Part shown: positions 45,151 through 58,304 of the stretch, piece by piece | Layout of the letters: each line of letters begins with the position of its first letter | Numbering within the stretch: position 1 is the stretch's first letter | Source: Somniosus microcephalus | Taxonomy: Eukaryota | Reading direction: 5' to 3' | NCBI GenBank assembly: GCA_052327205.1 | Contig: CM126220.1 | Location: 33,046,001-33,110,000 of the forward strand | Length of the DNA stretch: 64,000 nucleotides | Position numbers and translations under genes: made by a program | The notes under the pieces: model-generated | What the model was told of the DNA's origin: nothing | Databases searched by the model: none | What the model saw: the letters and a program-made list of their open reading frames with translations, nothing else

Positions 45151-46139
45151 CTGTCAATCTATTTTGTGTAGATACGTAGACCCAGTTTTGCCAGTTATTG
45201 AGGTTAGACAAAAGGGTCTATAGCTGTCACTTTTCCTGAATATAGTAACTATACGTGCCTATTCCTAGTCTGTCAGAACCTCCCAGTATTGGCAGGCTCA
45301 CTCAAAATGACAGGCAGTGCTGCACAGTCGCCTCCTTTTCTCTCTTCACAGCAAATTCAGCACATTCTGGGAGCATGTCTCACTGAATTGAGTGAGTAGG
45401 CCTCAACACCTGATTTGCTGGGTGCCAAATACACAAGCTGCAAATTTCAGTGTGAGTCTTGTTATACCTTGTAATTTTAGGCAATGGAAGTTTACAGCAC
45501 AGGAGGAGACCATAGTATCGGTGCCATCTTTTCGCTAAAACAAGCCAAAACTAACCCCGCTGTCCCACATTGAAATCATCAATCTTCTTTCTCCTGTTTA
45601 CTCTTTCAGTGCTGCTGATCCAGATCAAACGGGTGCTGCTGGGAATTTTGCTGTGGCTGTTTGCAGTTGGATTCTTAATGGTGTGATCGATGGTTGGGTA
45701 CTGAATTGAAAATTCTGTGGTTGATGCATTACTTGCTCCTGGTCTTTGCACATACCTTTTCCTATGGCACTGCTACTTCATTAATGTTCAAGGTGGGAAT
45801 TCCACTGGGCATGCCGATGGCAGTGCTGGATAGGGAAGAGGACTAGGAAGAAGAGCTCGTGCGGGGATCAGAGATGCAGGCGCAATTGCGCAGGAGGGGG
45901 ATAGAATTTGAGGCTTCCTGCCTGGTGGAAGCTGGGAGGTAGCACCCATGCAAATGTTGGGGAGTGACTAACCATGGCCATCGCCAAGGCCGCAGCAATC
46001 TTCTGCTGGGCAGCCCGAGCACGTCCCCACCCCAAATCAGGTGCAAGGTGCATTTAAAAAGCAAACAGTGGTCCTATGATGTGCATGCACCTCATTTGCC
46101 CTTTTAGGACAGTATGGGGCGGAGCTTGCGTCACCACAA

Positions 46140-46660
46140 CAATATAAGATTGTGAAGGGGTCGGATCGGGTGGATGCGGGGAAGATGTTCCCAATGATGG
46201 GTGAAACTAGAACTAGGGGGCATAGTCTTAGAATAAGGGGCTGCTCTTTCAAAACTGAGATGAGGAGGAACTACTTCACTCAGAGAGTGGTAGGTCCATG
46301 GAATATGCTGCCCCAAAAAGCTGTAGAAGCTACATCATTACATAAATTTAAAACAGAAATAGACAGTTTCCTAGAAGTAAAGGGAATTAAGGGTTACGGG
46401 GAGCGGGCAGGAATTTGGACATGAGTCTAGGTTCGGATCAGTCATGGCCCTGTGGGTAGCGGAGCGGGCCCAGGGGCTGTGTAACCTGATCCTGCTCCTA
46501 TTTCATGCGTCTAATTCTGTTAGATTCAGGAGATGGTTCTGTGATAGTGGATTGGCGGTTAGGATCAGATCAGCCATGATCTTATTGAATGGCGGAGCAG
46601 GCTCGAGGGGCCGATTGGCCTACTCCTGCTCCTATTTCTTATGTCCTTATGTTCTTATGA
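46140..46660 (+). mobile_element. CR1 3' fragments (two adjacent 3' ends)
   Basis: RVDAGKMFP...RRNYFTQRVV ORF, then two tcctgctcctatt UTR ends, the second with a (gttcttat) tail. Confidence 0.8.
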
Positions 46661-47123
46661 ACCTCCGATTGCATTTTAACTGGGGCCTGAGCAGGAAATC
46701 TGCCGCTGATCCGCAGACAGAAGAGATCCTCCAAGGTATGTGTAAAGCTTTCCTTTCTAAGGTCAGGAAGAGCAGAAGTGCTGCTCTGGGCTCCGCAAGG
46801 AAAGTCTTGGCCTATTCTGTCGCGGACTCCCCCCACCTCCCTCGAAGCTCACTTCCCACTTATCTACTTGCTGGTGAGCCTTCTCTTAGTGCCGGCCGGG
46901 GTCCTCTAGTTGCCTGAGTTTCTTCTCCTGTTCACCAGTTACCTGCCACTTTCCACCTGTTTCGGACAGGCAGCTCGGCAGCATGTAGATGAGGCTCAGG
47001 AGTTAAAATACTCCTCAAACTACCACCGAGTGCATTTCACAGTTGCCCCGCCGCTCCCCCACTCCACCCACTCGAAACTTGCTCGGGGTTAAAATCGACG
47101 CCAGGTCTTTACAAAGCACCACT

Positions 47124-47558
47124 GTGTCAGCCGTGGCTCAGTGGGTAGCACTCTTGCCTTTGATTCAGAAGGTTGTGGGTTCAAGTCCCACCCTTTGAGA
47201 TGTCAACACAAAATAAATACAGTTCAGTACTGAGGGAGTGCTATGCTGTCGCAGGTGCTGTCTTTTGGATGAGATGTTAAACTGAGGCTCAGTCTTCCTC
47301 TCAGGCACTATGGCACTATTTCAAAGAACTGCAAGGTAGATCTCCCCAGTGTACTGGCCAATATTTATCCCTCATCCAACATCACTAAAATAGATTATCA
47401 TTGCTGTTTGTGAGACCTTGCTGTTTGCAAATTGGCTGCTGCATTTCTTACTTTACAACAGTGATTACACTTCAAAAGTACTTAATTGGCTGTAAAGCAC
47501 TTTGGGATGTCCTGATGTCACGAAAGGCACTATATAAATACAAGTCTTTCTTTCTTCT
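47124..47558 (+). mobile_element. Full-length tRNA-headed DeuSINE
   Basis: A box tggctcagtgg, B box ggttcaagtcc, Deu core and ctttctttc tail. Confidence 0.8.
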
Positions 47559-48084
47559 TGTTGGGGCCAGTTGCCGAATGAGTCAGTCTTCAGTGCACAG
47601 GTGAATAAAACCAGTAACAGAATCCTTGTTTGCTAGGCGTAATATTTTACCACTTTCCCCATGAAAAGGAGGCAACAGCACAGTAGGATGCAGCACTTTT
47701 ATCAGATGACAAGCTTTCAGAAAGTGCAGGGCCTCATTGATGGAGGATGAAGAAGACTAGCTGAGGGACATGTGCAGCCAGGGTGACAGCTGCATCATTT
47801 AATGACTGACGGGACTTTTACTTAACTCTGTAAATGTGTCCCTGCACGAACAGTTCTATGGTCTTGAACACTATGTGGCCCCAGTGAACAACACGTCCTG
47901 CCTAATCGTCAACACTGCTAATCAGTCCACAGCCTGCTGTGTTAATATGTCCCTTCTGGAAATAAGTCTCCACACTACCATCCAAAAGAAGTTGCAACTA
48001 GTTTATCTCATAACTACAATGTGTCTTAATGTTTGCTTCCCTGCTGCTTGTGCGCAGTGACAGTGTGGCATCTCCTACCTAATC

Positions 48085-48745
48085 TTGGGAATACAGATAC
48101 ATAAATCACTAAAAGTAGCAACGCATGTTGAAAGAGCCATAAAGAGTGCGAACGGCCTACTGGGATTCATTTCTAGAGGAATAGAATACAAAAGCAAGGA
48201 GGCAATGTTAAATTAATGTAGAACCTTGGTTAGACCACACTTGAGTACTGTGAGCAGTTCTGGTCTCCAAACTACGAAAAGGATATTGAAGCATTGGGGA
48301 ACGTGCAGGAAGATTTACAAAAATGTTACCAGAATTGTGAAGATGCAGCTATCTAGAAAGATTTAGCAGGCAGGGCTTCTTTTCTCTGGAAAATAGAAGA
48401 CTAAGAGGAGATCTGATAGATGTCTTTAACATTTATGAAAGGGTTTGATAGGGTGGACATGGAGAAACTGTTTCCATTTGTGGGTGAGTCCAGATCAAGG
48501 GAGTATAAATATAAGATAGCCACAAATAAAGAATTTAGCAGGAATTTCTTTACACAGAGAATGGTGAGAATGTGTAACTTGCTGCCACATGGAGTGGTTG
48601 AAGCGAATTGAATTGATGCATTTAACGGGAAGCTTGATGCTTCCATGAGGGAGAAGGGAATAGAGAGATATGGAGGGGGGGGCAGAGTGGGAAGAGGTCA
48701 TTACAATTGGGTGGAGGCTCGTGTGGAGTATAAACACCAGCATAA
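48085..48745 (+). mobile_element. CR1 3' fragment, decayed
   Basis: LVRPHLEYC-like and RNFFTQRMVRM-like remnants. Confidence 0.75.
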
Positions 48746-49610
48746 GCCATCCATCACCCCAGCCCTCCCGATGGCTCCCTTCCAGTGACAACGACCGGCC
48801 CCAAGGGACCCCGGATTCATCCTCCTGCCACAACAATCCCTCCCATCCACCGGCCAGGCTGTACATTTGACGGGCAGGAGGCAACATTACAATATGTTAA
48901 TGAGGCCCTGTCGTTAAGATCAGCAGGGCCTCCACCTCCCCAGCCTTGTCGGCTTCCTCAGCCGACTTCAGCCTCCCCCCTCACCCTCCCTGCCACCCCA
49001 TTAATATCGGGGCCGATGTAATTCTATGTAGGGTAAAGTTCATCACCATTCCAGGGCAGTTATTGGTTTTAAACTCCTTTTGCCTATTTAGACCCAATAC
49101 TTTACTAATGTCAGAACCCACGGTGTGCACTGGATATTGGGTGGTATATTGTTCGCGTCCTCTCTGATAACAATCCCCAAGCAGCAGTCATTTAGCAAGT
49201 TCATTCATGTTGAACATGATATTCGTCCCTCAGGGCTTTAACTCCACCCTGACTACCTCCCGCATCCATTTTATTCCTTTCCAGTTTTTTACTCATACTC
49301 CAATCCTAGTTTTTGACCCATTTCTTATATTTAGCCCAATCAACACCCTTTTTTCTCAATGGAAATGAACATGCGGGGAGATGTAAAACAGGCTGCTGAT
49401 TCTAATATTGCAATGAAGCTAAATTTATTCTAACAAATATTGGCCTAAGCTAAGAATCTTCACTTGTGTAGTTGTAACTAGCCAAATTCAAACAATTTTA
49501 GGAAAATATACATACATAACTATTATGATTGATTTCCATAAATGTTAACATCTTATTTCTTTTCTATTCAAATACATTTAAATAAAAAACGTTTTTGTAA
49601 TACACACTAT

Positions 49611-51675
49611 GGCCGCGATTTCGCCAGCTGTCGTGAGCCAAGTGCAGCCGGAGTAGACAGCGGCCTTAAATTCCACACCCGTCTTCATCCCGCCTCCTCC
49701 AAGTGATTTTGCCCTACCCTGCGAGGTTCCCAGCCAATTAAAAGGAAGCGGGACTGATGACATCATTTGATGACGCTGACGTGCCTCAATAACTTCAAGA
49801 CTCGAAGTTAGCAGAATAAAGCAAGGCTTTTATTAGCAAAGAAAAGATGCCGGTGGCTGCACCTAGCTTCACCTGGCGTGCTGCTGTTCTACTGCAGGAC
49901 AAGCCTGGACTTGTCTTAAGTAGGGCCAGGTATGGGCGGAGCCGACACACAAAGGGGGCGGTGCCCTATACACAATACAAGGTACAAACACCAGAGCAGG
50001 CAATACAATATATACAGTTAACTACAGAGTCTGATGAATGACATATTTCATCACAGACGCATCATCAGCCGGTTTCCTTAAAGGGGCCATATCCACATTC
50101 ATTTTGACAGTTGTGCTGTCAGTGTTCTACAGCATTGAGATGCTGCAAACACTGACAAACACTGCACAGAGGTGCACGGCTGCACCCAGGCTCCCCCATT
50201 ACTCCCTCCATATGCTTATGGAAGGAGTCACAGCACGCAGGGAGGTTCTCTTCCCTTCCCATGGGCGGAAGAGACCTCCCCATGACACTAACGCAGCATG
50301 GTTGCACATTGCACAGGAGGGCACAAGCAGGGATGTCATCAGGAGGACCAGGCTGCAGTGGTGCAAATCTTTCAATGATCTCAATAGATCACAAAACATT
50401 ACTGCAAAGCCACACTCAACCTCATCCTGCTGTGCCACCCATCACATCCCCATCACTCTGCCTTCCCTACCCTACTCCTACATATCCTTACTCACACCAA
50501 CTTACCTTGCACCTCCACCCATCCCCCTCTATCTATATTATCACTTCCCCATCTCACTAGCCACCCCTCACAGTCACCCTCATCCTAGTCCAATCATATC
50601 AACTAACAACACACAAGGGTAGGCACTTGGGTGTTTTTTCCAATGTTCATGTAAACTTTCTGTTAATGTGTTGTCAAGCATTGAAATCCTTATTATCACC
50701 ACATTGCCTTCTAGGAAAGATTTGTGTGCAACTTTGAAAGTGTCTTAGTGAGTTCCAGTGAATGGTGAGCCATAACATCTCCCCCCTCCCCCCCCCCCCC
50801 AATGGTGATGAGTGTGAAAGGAATGGATTGGACATTGTAGGGATGCTTTATGGTGCTGGTGTGGGGTGGTGCCAACCTGGTGCATCAAGTGGCAGCCAGG
50901 GTGTATAGTATTCAGTGAAGCAAATCTGGACATGGTGAGGCCATTACTGCCGTCCCGGGCAGTAATGTGCACAGGTGATGATGCCCTGTGTCCAGCGCAG
51001 CGTCAGTTGATTGCGGAGAAGGTTGGTGTGGATGTTGGTGCTGCTGGTGTGGCCGGTGATGCTGGTGTTGGGGCTGATCGTGTTGGGATTCTGAGGACCA
51101 AGGTGAAATTTTTTCATGGGCACCGATGCTGATGGAGTAGATGGCAGGTGAGGTTGAGATGACAGAATTAATCTGTCAATGTTGAGATAGATTGTTCCAA
51201 GGAGGTGACAGTGGATAGAGAGATTACTCCAAACACTTCAAAAGTGCATAAAGCTCAAAAGTGGGTTTCAAATCATTAATTCTCCAGTTTCTAAGATTGG
51301 GAAGTGAACAGCTGTGAAATGGTAGGTTTTACACCACTTTTGCAGCTTTCACCTGTTCACAGCAATCCACAGTCATTGAGAACCCGACATACTTACCTGA
51401 CGTGATAGCCGCTCTCTGGGAACCTCGTTGAAAACCTGGTAAAATGATAAGTACATGAAAATGGTTCTTAACTACCTTTTAATAAGCTTCTAACAATCTA
51501 AATTGGCTGACCCGCCGCTTGGTGTCGGGTCTGTTCCGGGTTGACAGATCTGACGCTTGGGAAACTGACAAGGAGGCGGGTTTACAGCAGGATACCGACC
51601 CGCTGTCAATCTTTGTGATTTTGACAGCGGACCCGCCTCCAAACCCTTAGTTTGAGCTCCGGCAAAATTCAGCCC
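49611..51675 (+). mobile_element. Harbinger-derived element carrying a Myb/SANT remnant
   Basis: Ends ggccgcgattttcgcc / ggcaaaattcagccc. The 50038-50622 frame has LHMLMEGVTARREVLF...AAWLHIAQE...RRTRLQWCKSFNDL. Same family as 10953-12243. Confidence 0.7.
49777..50055 (-). mobile_element. Solo LTR, 279 bp
   Basis: TG...CA ends and a 5-bp TSD GACGC (49772-49776, 50056-50060). The minus-strand start tgtgatgaaatatgtcattc resembles the start of the Gypsy A LTR. Confidence 0.8.
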
Positions 51676-51811
51676 AATCAAACTGGTTTGCCCTCGGCGA
51701 CACCAGGACGTCACCATAACTCACTAAGCCTCGTCCGCCCAAGCTAACCAATCAGAACTTTTGGAAAATCCTAAGTCTTTGTTGTTTATCAATGGTGTGT
51801 TTTTAGTTAGC

Positions 51812-54403
51812 CAATCAATTCAATTCAATTCAATTTTATTTGTCATATATGCAGCAGACGTGTGTACTGCACAATGAAATGTTGATTTTTACGAGTCCTC
51901 CCAACATTGGAATAAATATGGCATAACAATGATAAAAATACTAATAGAAATACTAATAGAAAGACAGTAATAATAAATAAAACAACAGTAATAAATAATA
52001 ATAAATTAATCGTTCATGAGTCTTATGGCCTGGGGGTAGAAGCTGTTTCGAAACCTGTTGGTACGAGACCGTATGCTTCGGTATCTCTTACCGGATGGGA
52101 GCAGGGCGAAGAGGTTGTGGCTGGGGTGACTCGCATCTTTAATGATTCTCAGGGCCTTCCCCTGGCACCTCTCGGGGTAGATATCCTGCACAGCAGGTAG
52201 TTTAATTCCTATAGTGTGTTGTGCAGCTTTCATTACCATCTGTAGAGCCTTGCGGTCTGTGGCGGTGCAGTTGCCATACCAGGTAGTGATGCAGCCGGAC
52301 AGGATGCTCTCGATGGTGCACCGGTAGAAGTTGGTGAGAATCTGGGGGGCCATTCCAAATTTCTTCAGTCTCCTGAGGAAGAACAGGCGTTGGCATGCCT
52401 TCTTGGTTACAACGTCGATGTGATGGGAACACGTTAAGTCCTCCGTAATGAATATACCCAGGAATTTGAAGCTGCTGACCCTCTCCACCTCAGCCCCTTC
52501 AATGTAGATTGGGGTGTGTCCCTCCCCCTGCAACTTCCTGTAATCCACGATCATCTCCTTTGTTTTGCTGATGTTGAGGGAGAGGTTGTTGTACTTGCAC
52601 CATTCTCCTAGGGCTCTTACCTCCTCCCTGTAGCCTGTCTCGTCGCCATCTGTGATCAGGCCTACGACGGTAGTGTCATCAGCAAACTTGATGATGGAGT
52701 TGAAGTTGTGCGTGGCCATGCAGTCGTGAGTAAACAGGGAGTACAGAAGGGGACTGAGCACACAACCCTGGGGAGCTCCCGTATTCAGGATCAGTGTGGA
52801 GGAGGTGTTTCTGCCTATTTTCACCACCTGGGGTCTTCCTGTCAGGAAGTCCAGGATCCAGTTGCATAGGGAGGTGTTAAGTCCTAGCTCACTGTGCTTG
52901 TTGACAAGCTTGGAGGGGATAATGGTATTGAATGCTGAACTATAATCAATGAACAACATTCTCACATAGGTGTTCCTCTTATCCAGGTGTGATAAGGCAG
53001 TGTGCAGTACAGTGGCGATGGCATCATCCCTAGATCTGTTTGGGCGGTAGGCAAATTGGAGTGGGTCCAGTGTGTCAGGTAGTAACGAGTTGATGTGGGT
53101 TTTGACCAGCCTCTCAAAGCACTTCATGATGACAGAAGTGAGTGCTATGGGGCGGTAGTCGTTTAAACAGGTTACTTTTGTTTATTTGGGGACTGGAATA
53201 ACCGATGTCATCTTGAAGCGGGTGGGGACTACAGACTGGTACAGTGAACGGGTGAATATATCCGTAAACACGGCTGCCAGCTGGTCAGCGCATGCTCTAA
53301 GGACACGCCCAGGGATTCCATCTGGACCGGGTGCTTTGTGGGTGTTCACTCTCTTAAAGGTCTTGCTCACGTCAGCCACGGAGACTGAGAAGACCCGGTC
53401 GTCCTGAGCCGCAGGCGCCCTTGTAACAGGCCAGTTGTTGTTGGCCTCAAACCGGGCGTAAAAAGTGTTAAGCTCATCCGGGAGAGAGGCATTGCTGGGC
53501 ATGACACAGCTGGGTTTCCCTTTGTAGTCTGTAATAGATTGTAGTCCACTCCACATCCTTCGCGAATCTGAGCTATGATAGTGTGACTCCACTTTGTCCG
53601 TGTATTGTCTTTTTGCATTTTTGATGGTTTTTCTGAGGTCGTACCTTGATTTCTTGTACTCATCCATGTCCCCAGAGTTGAATGCAATGGACCGTGCTTT
53701 TAGCATAGCACGGATATCGCCATTTACCAATGGTTTCTGGTTGGGAAATGTTCGTACAACAATCCTCGGAACAACGTCGTCTATGCACTTGTTTATGAAA
53801 CTAATGACTGAATCTGTATATGTGTTGATGTCATTGTCCGAGGCATTCCGAAACATATCCCAGTCAGTGGAATCAAAACAGTCTTGTAACATAGCGTCTG
53901 ATTGATCCGACCAGCGTTGTAGAGATCTCATCACAGGCTTTTCCTGTTTTAGTTTCTGCCTATAGGTGGGGATCAGCAGGATGGAGTCGTGATCTGATTT
54001 GCCGAAGGGAGGGCGGGGGAGGGCCTTGTATCCATCCCGGAATGGAGTGTAAATATGATCTAGTGTGTTCTTGACTCGCGTTGGGCAGGTGATATGCTGA
54101 TGGTATTTAGGCAGTACTTTCTTCAGATTGGCTTTGTTGAAATCGCCAGCCACGATGAATGCAGCCTCTGGATGGGAAGTTTCAAGCCTGCTAATGATCC
54201 CATACAGCTCGTTTAGTGCCCTATTTGCGTCGGCCTGTGGTGAAATATACACCGCTGTAATAATCACGGATGAGAACTCTCTCGGGAGGTAGAAGGGTCG
54301 GCATTTGATCATCAGGTGTTCAAGATAGGGTGAACAAGAAGATGTAAGTAGTTCCACGTCGGAACACCAAGAATTGTTAATCATAAAGCATACTCCACCC
54401 CCA
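51812..54403 (-). mobile_element. Rex1/Babar LINE, 5'-truncated
   Basis: APE (AGDFN, GKSDH) and RT ([23 protein letters not shown]) lie in one frame broken only by a TAA at 53182-53184. AATAAA + (ttgaa)n tail at about 51812-51840. Confidence 0.9.
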
Positions 54404-57400
54404 GTATTTTGCCAGTCTCAAAGCTGGATCTACAATCCGGCGGTCACGGCCCTTCCCTTGAGGCAGCCAATGGTGCGGCCATTCGCACGTTCGGTAAACA
54501 GACAGTTAATTTAACTCTTGGAGGTCAACGTTTTGTATGGGAATTTATAACGGCTAAAGTATCACAGGCCATCCTGGGGGCTGATTTTTTTTGTGCATAT
54601 GGTTTTCTGGTCGACGTCCAACATTGTCGACTCATTAATGCGTCTACCTTCCATGCGGTGCTTTGTCACCGCAGTACTGCTGTCTCCTGGTCGGTTGCCT
54701 GTGCGGTTCCATCGCAGGAAGGGTTTAGGCGCCTACTTGGCGAATTCCCGGGGCTCACCAGGCCTACATTCTCGGCAGCAGTTGCGAAGCACGGTGTGGT
54801 GCATTATATTACCACAACGGGATCGCCTGTTTACGCCCGGGCACGAAGATTGGAACCCGGAAAGCTTATAGCCGCAAAGGCAGAGTTTCGGATTATGGAG
54901 CGCCTTGGGATTGTCCGATGCTCCGACAGTCCTTGGTCTTCCCCATTACACATTGTACCCAAACCAGGTGGCGGATGGAGGCCTTGTGGGGATTACAGAT
55001 GCCTTAACGAAGCCACTATGCCGGATAGGTATCCAATACCGCATATACAGGATTTTTCGGCTCATTTGGCCGGCAAAACAATATTTTCCAAAGTAGATCT
55101 CATCCGTGGATATCATCAAGTTCCTGTGTACCCTCAAGACATCCCCAAAACGGCGGCCATCACACCGTTTGGCCTTTTTGAGTTCCTTCGCATGCCATTT
55201 GGATTGAAAAATGCAGCTCAGGCTTTTCAGCGACTTATGGACTCTGTGTTACGGGACCTTCCTTTCATTTTCATTTACTTGGATGATATTCTCATTGCTA
55301 GTAAAGATAAGGAAGAGCATATGGCTCATTTACGTACACTCTTTGCCCGCCTCAGCCAACATGGCCTCATTATAAATCTAGCCAAATGCCAGTTTGGGTT
55401 AACCAGCATTGACTTTCTAGGGCATAGGATCACCTCAGAAGGCGCCGTCCCACTGGCCACTAAGGTAGAGGCAGTTACGGCATTCCCGCGGCCGCATATA
55501 CTTAAATCTCTTCAGGAGTTCCTGGGGATGGTGAATTTTTATCACCGTTTTGTCCCCAAGGCAGCCCAATTAATGCAGCCGCTGTACGAAGCACTTAAAG
55601 GGAAGTCGGGTAAAGATGTTATCATTTGGACACCACAGATGGACCAAGCATTCCTGGACACCAAGGCGGCATTGGCAGATGCAACTATGCTTGCACACCC
55701 ACTCCCGGGCGCGACCATCGCCCTTACTACCGACGCCTCCGATTACGCCATCGGGGCAGTGCGGGAACAATGGGTTGACGGGACTTGGCAGCCATTGGCC
55801 TTTTTTAGCCGCCAACTGCGTATAAATGAGCGAAAATATAGCACTTTTGATAGGGAGTTGCTGGCCTTGTTTTTGGCCATCCGGCATTTTCGTTTTCTTC
55901 TAGAAGGGCGCCCGTTTACTGCATTTGTGGACCATAAACCGCTCACTTTTGCAGTGGCCAAAACGGCGGAGCCGTGGTCAGCCCGGCAACAGCGCCACCT
56001 TACATTTATATCGGAATTTACAACGGATTTGCGACATGTGTCTGGCAAAGATAATCTTGTGGCTGATTGCCTGTCGCGTGCCCCAGTCCAGACAATTCAC
56101 CTGGGAATCGATTACGTCGGGTTGGCAAAAGAACAGCTGGCGGATCCTGAGGTTCAGGCGTATCGGACCATGCCTTCTAGCTTGCAGGTAGCCGATGTTA
56201 TGTTCCAATCAGCAGGAACCACGCTTTTGTGTGACATACCCATGGGAGTGCCCCGGCCCATTGTGCCAGTCGAATGGCGTAAGAAGATTTTTCAGATTAT
56301 ACATGGCTTATCACACCCGGGGATGCGAGCTTCACAACGACTTATGTCCCGTAAGTTTGTTTGGAAGGGAATGCATTTAGACGTTCGGGGCTGGACAAAC
56401 AATTGCGTGGACTGTCAAAAATCAAAGGTTCATCGTCACATGAAGGCTCCAATGGCCATCTTTCCAGTGCCTGAACGCCGGTTCGACCATGTACATGTGG
56501 ACTTAGTGGGCCCCCTCCCCATTTCGCGGGGTTTTATGCATCTCCTGACAATAGTGGACCATACTACCAGGTGGCCAGAGGCGATTCCCTTGGTTGCTAC
56601 TACCACAGCGGACGTATCCAGGGCATTTATTTCGTCATGGGTGGCCCGGTTTGGAGTGCCATCTGATATCTCCTCTGACCGTGGTCCACAATTTACGTCA
56701 GAGTTGTGGAATGCAGTTGCACAGGGCTTGGGTACCAAGCTGCATCGTACCACCGCGTACCATCCGCAAGCAAATGGCTTATGTGAAAGATTTCATCGGT
56801 CTTTAAAGGCGTCCCTCCGTGCCAGCTTGCGTGGTTCCAACTGGGTGGATAGACTCCCTTGGGTGCTGCTAGGCCTCTGTACAGCCCCCAAAGATGACCT
56901 CCAGGCTTCATCGGCTGAGTTAGTCTACGGTCAAGCGCTTCGAGTACCAGTGGATTTTCTCCCTCCACATACAGAATCATGGTCACCTGCTCAGCAGCTT
57001 CTTCAGCATCAAGAGGTGGCAAAGAATTTCCTGCCTATTCCAACTTCGCATCACAATCTACAGAAGCCTCATGTTCTGGCAGAACTTATGAGTTCCGATT
57101 ATGTTTTTATTCGGCAGGATGCTCATAGAGATACACTCAGACCACCTTATGATGGACCGTTTCGTGTTATTGCAGCGGGAGAGAAATATTTTACGGTCGA
57201 AATGGGAGGTAAATCGGATACCATCTCCATCGACCGACTTAAACCAGCCCATCTGGATTGGAGTGAACCGGTAGTTGTTGCTCAGCCACCTTGCCGTGGA
57301 CGACCACCATTGGCTACTAGACCAATTATGCAGCAGTCTACTATTAAATTGCCTGCTTCGGCTCCATCCTCGTCTACACCTTCTGCTACGGTTTCCTCCA

Positions 57401-57891
57401 CCCCAGATGTACCGCTTCAGACACAGACAAATGTTGGCTCATTTTCTAACGATCCAGCGTCTGAAGTTCGTAGTCGTTCGGGCAGAATAATTAAACTTCC
57501 TGCACGTTTGATGCTGTCTGTTAAAGAGAATTCTGGGGGGGCGCCTGTGGCGGAGCCACCAAGAGACACTGAACAATCTGTAATAATTCCTTTAACCACT
57601 CTGTAGTGCAGTTGTGGACTGTACCTTTAAGCTGTGTGTAGGTTCTTGTATTTCCACGTGATGACATCATGACGCCGATCACGTGACCCCCAGTTGGCGC
57701 GGAAAACGTGATGACGTCATGACATCGGTTTCTAGTATTTAAGGGCAGTCTGAGAAAGGCTGGGGACCTGGACAGACCTGCTGACCTCTGCTCTTGTAGT
57801 TATCAGTTAAAGTATTTTGTTTATTAAAGTTTAATTATTTTGTTTCACTGCGTTGGACTTCGTTATTCGGATAGGAACTTCCGTTCCTACA
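54404..57891 (+). mobile_element. Gypsy element C, 3' half (pol + 3' LTR)
   Basis: The PPT-like tctgggggggcgcc precedes an LTR tgtgg...ctaca (57546-57891). The 5' LTR, gag and the protease active site are missing at the Rex1 junction. Confidence 0.85.
54409..57606 (+). CDS. Gypsy Pol (partial protease, RT, RNase H, integrase), open for 1065 codons but 5'-truncated
   Basis: ILGADF, RT YLDD, RNase H TDAS/ELLA/DHKPL, integrase HGLSHPG..CVDC, HVDLVG, SDRGPQF and CERFHR, plus a GPY/F-like PYDGPF. No true start codon. Confidence 0.85.
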   Translation: MPVSKLDLQSGGHGPSLEAANGAAIRTFGKQTVNLTLGGQRFVWEFITAKVSQAILGADFFCAYGFLVDVQHCRLINASTFHAVLCHRSTAVSWSVACAVPSQEGFRRLLGEFPGLTRPTFSAAVAKHGVVHYITTTGSPVYARARRLEPGKLIAAKAEFRIMERLGIVRCSDSPWSSPLHIVPKPGGGWRPCGDYRCLNEATMPDRYPIPHIQDFSAHLAGKTIFSKVDLIRGYHQVPVYPQDIPKTAAITPFGLFEFLRMPFGLKNAAQAFQRLMDSVLRDLPFIFIYLDDILIASKDKEEHMAHLRTLFARLSQHGLIINLAKCQFGLTSIDFLGHRITSEGAVPLATKVEAVTAFPRPHILKSLQEFLGMVNFYHRFVPKAAQLMQPLYEALKGKSGKDVIIWTPQMDQAFLDTKAALADATMLAHPLPGATIALTTDASDYAIGAVREQWVDGTWQPLAFFSRQLRINERKYSTFDRELLALFLAIRHFRFLLEGRPFTAFVDHKPLTFAVAKTAEPWSARQQRHLTFISEFTTDLRHVSGKDNLVADCLSRAPVQTIHLGIDYVGLAKEQLADPEVQAYRTMPSSLQVADVMFQSAGTTLLCDIPMGVPRPIVPVEWRKKIFQIIHGLSHPGMRASQRLMSRKFVWKGMHLDVRGWTNNCVDCQKSKVHRHMKAPMAIFPVPERRFDHVHVDLVGPLPISRGFMHLLTIVDHTTRWPEAIPLVATTTADVSRAFISSWVARFGVPSDISSDRGPQFTSELWNAVAQGLGTKLHRTTAYHPQANGLCERFHRSLKASLRASLRGSNWVDRLPWVLLGLCTAPKDDLQASSAELVYGQALRVPVDFLPPHTESWSPAQQLLQHQEVAKNFLPIPTSHHNLQKPHVLAELMSSDYVFIRQDAHRDTLRPPYDGPFRVIAAGEKYFTVEMGGKSDTISIDRLKPAHLDWSEPVVVAQPPCRGRPPLATRPIMQQSTIKLPASAPSSSTPSATVSSTPDVPLQTQTNVGSFSNDPASEVRSRSGRIIKLPARLMLSVKENSGGAPVAEPPRDTEQSVIIPLTTL

Positions 57892-58304
57892 GTATCATAT
57901 TTACTATGTCTATAAATTAAAGACACTTTGACCATTTGATAGCATTTCTAGCTATCTCAATTGGTTGCATATTTAATCATGTTCCCTGTCATCCAAGTTT
58001 AACGTAAAAACTATTTGACCAGCAGGTGTTTCTTTTACTTGATGTCATGTTTTCAAAGGCACATGATTCTTTTAATGTTTGTGTTTCTGTTCTACATGTT
58101 AGCTCATAACACTTAAAACTGGGCATTCTCATTGTGTTCGTTGCAAACCATAGACCTTTCAGAAGCACCAATGGTTTGCGTCAATCTTTCATTGTTTTAG
58201 TATATTTAACTAATTCCCATTTCAAAGCTTGTTTACAACTTTGTTATCAACTGATCTTCATCTCAGGAGCCTGTATTCTGTTTACAGCCTGTGTCTCCAA
58301 GGCT

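Noticed and set aside
47124-47195. tRNA gene (also 4235-4305)
   Set aside because: The A/B boxes continue directly into a SINE body and there is no complete cloverleaf.
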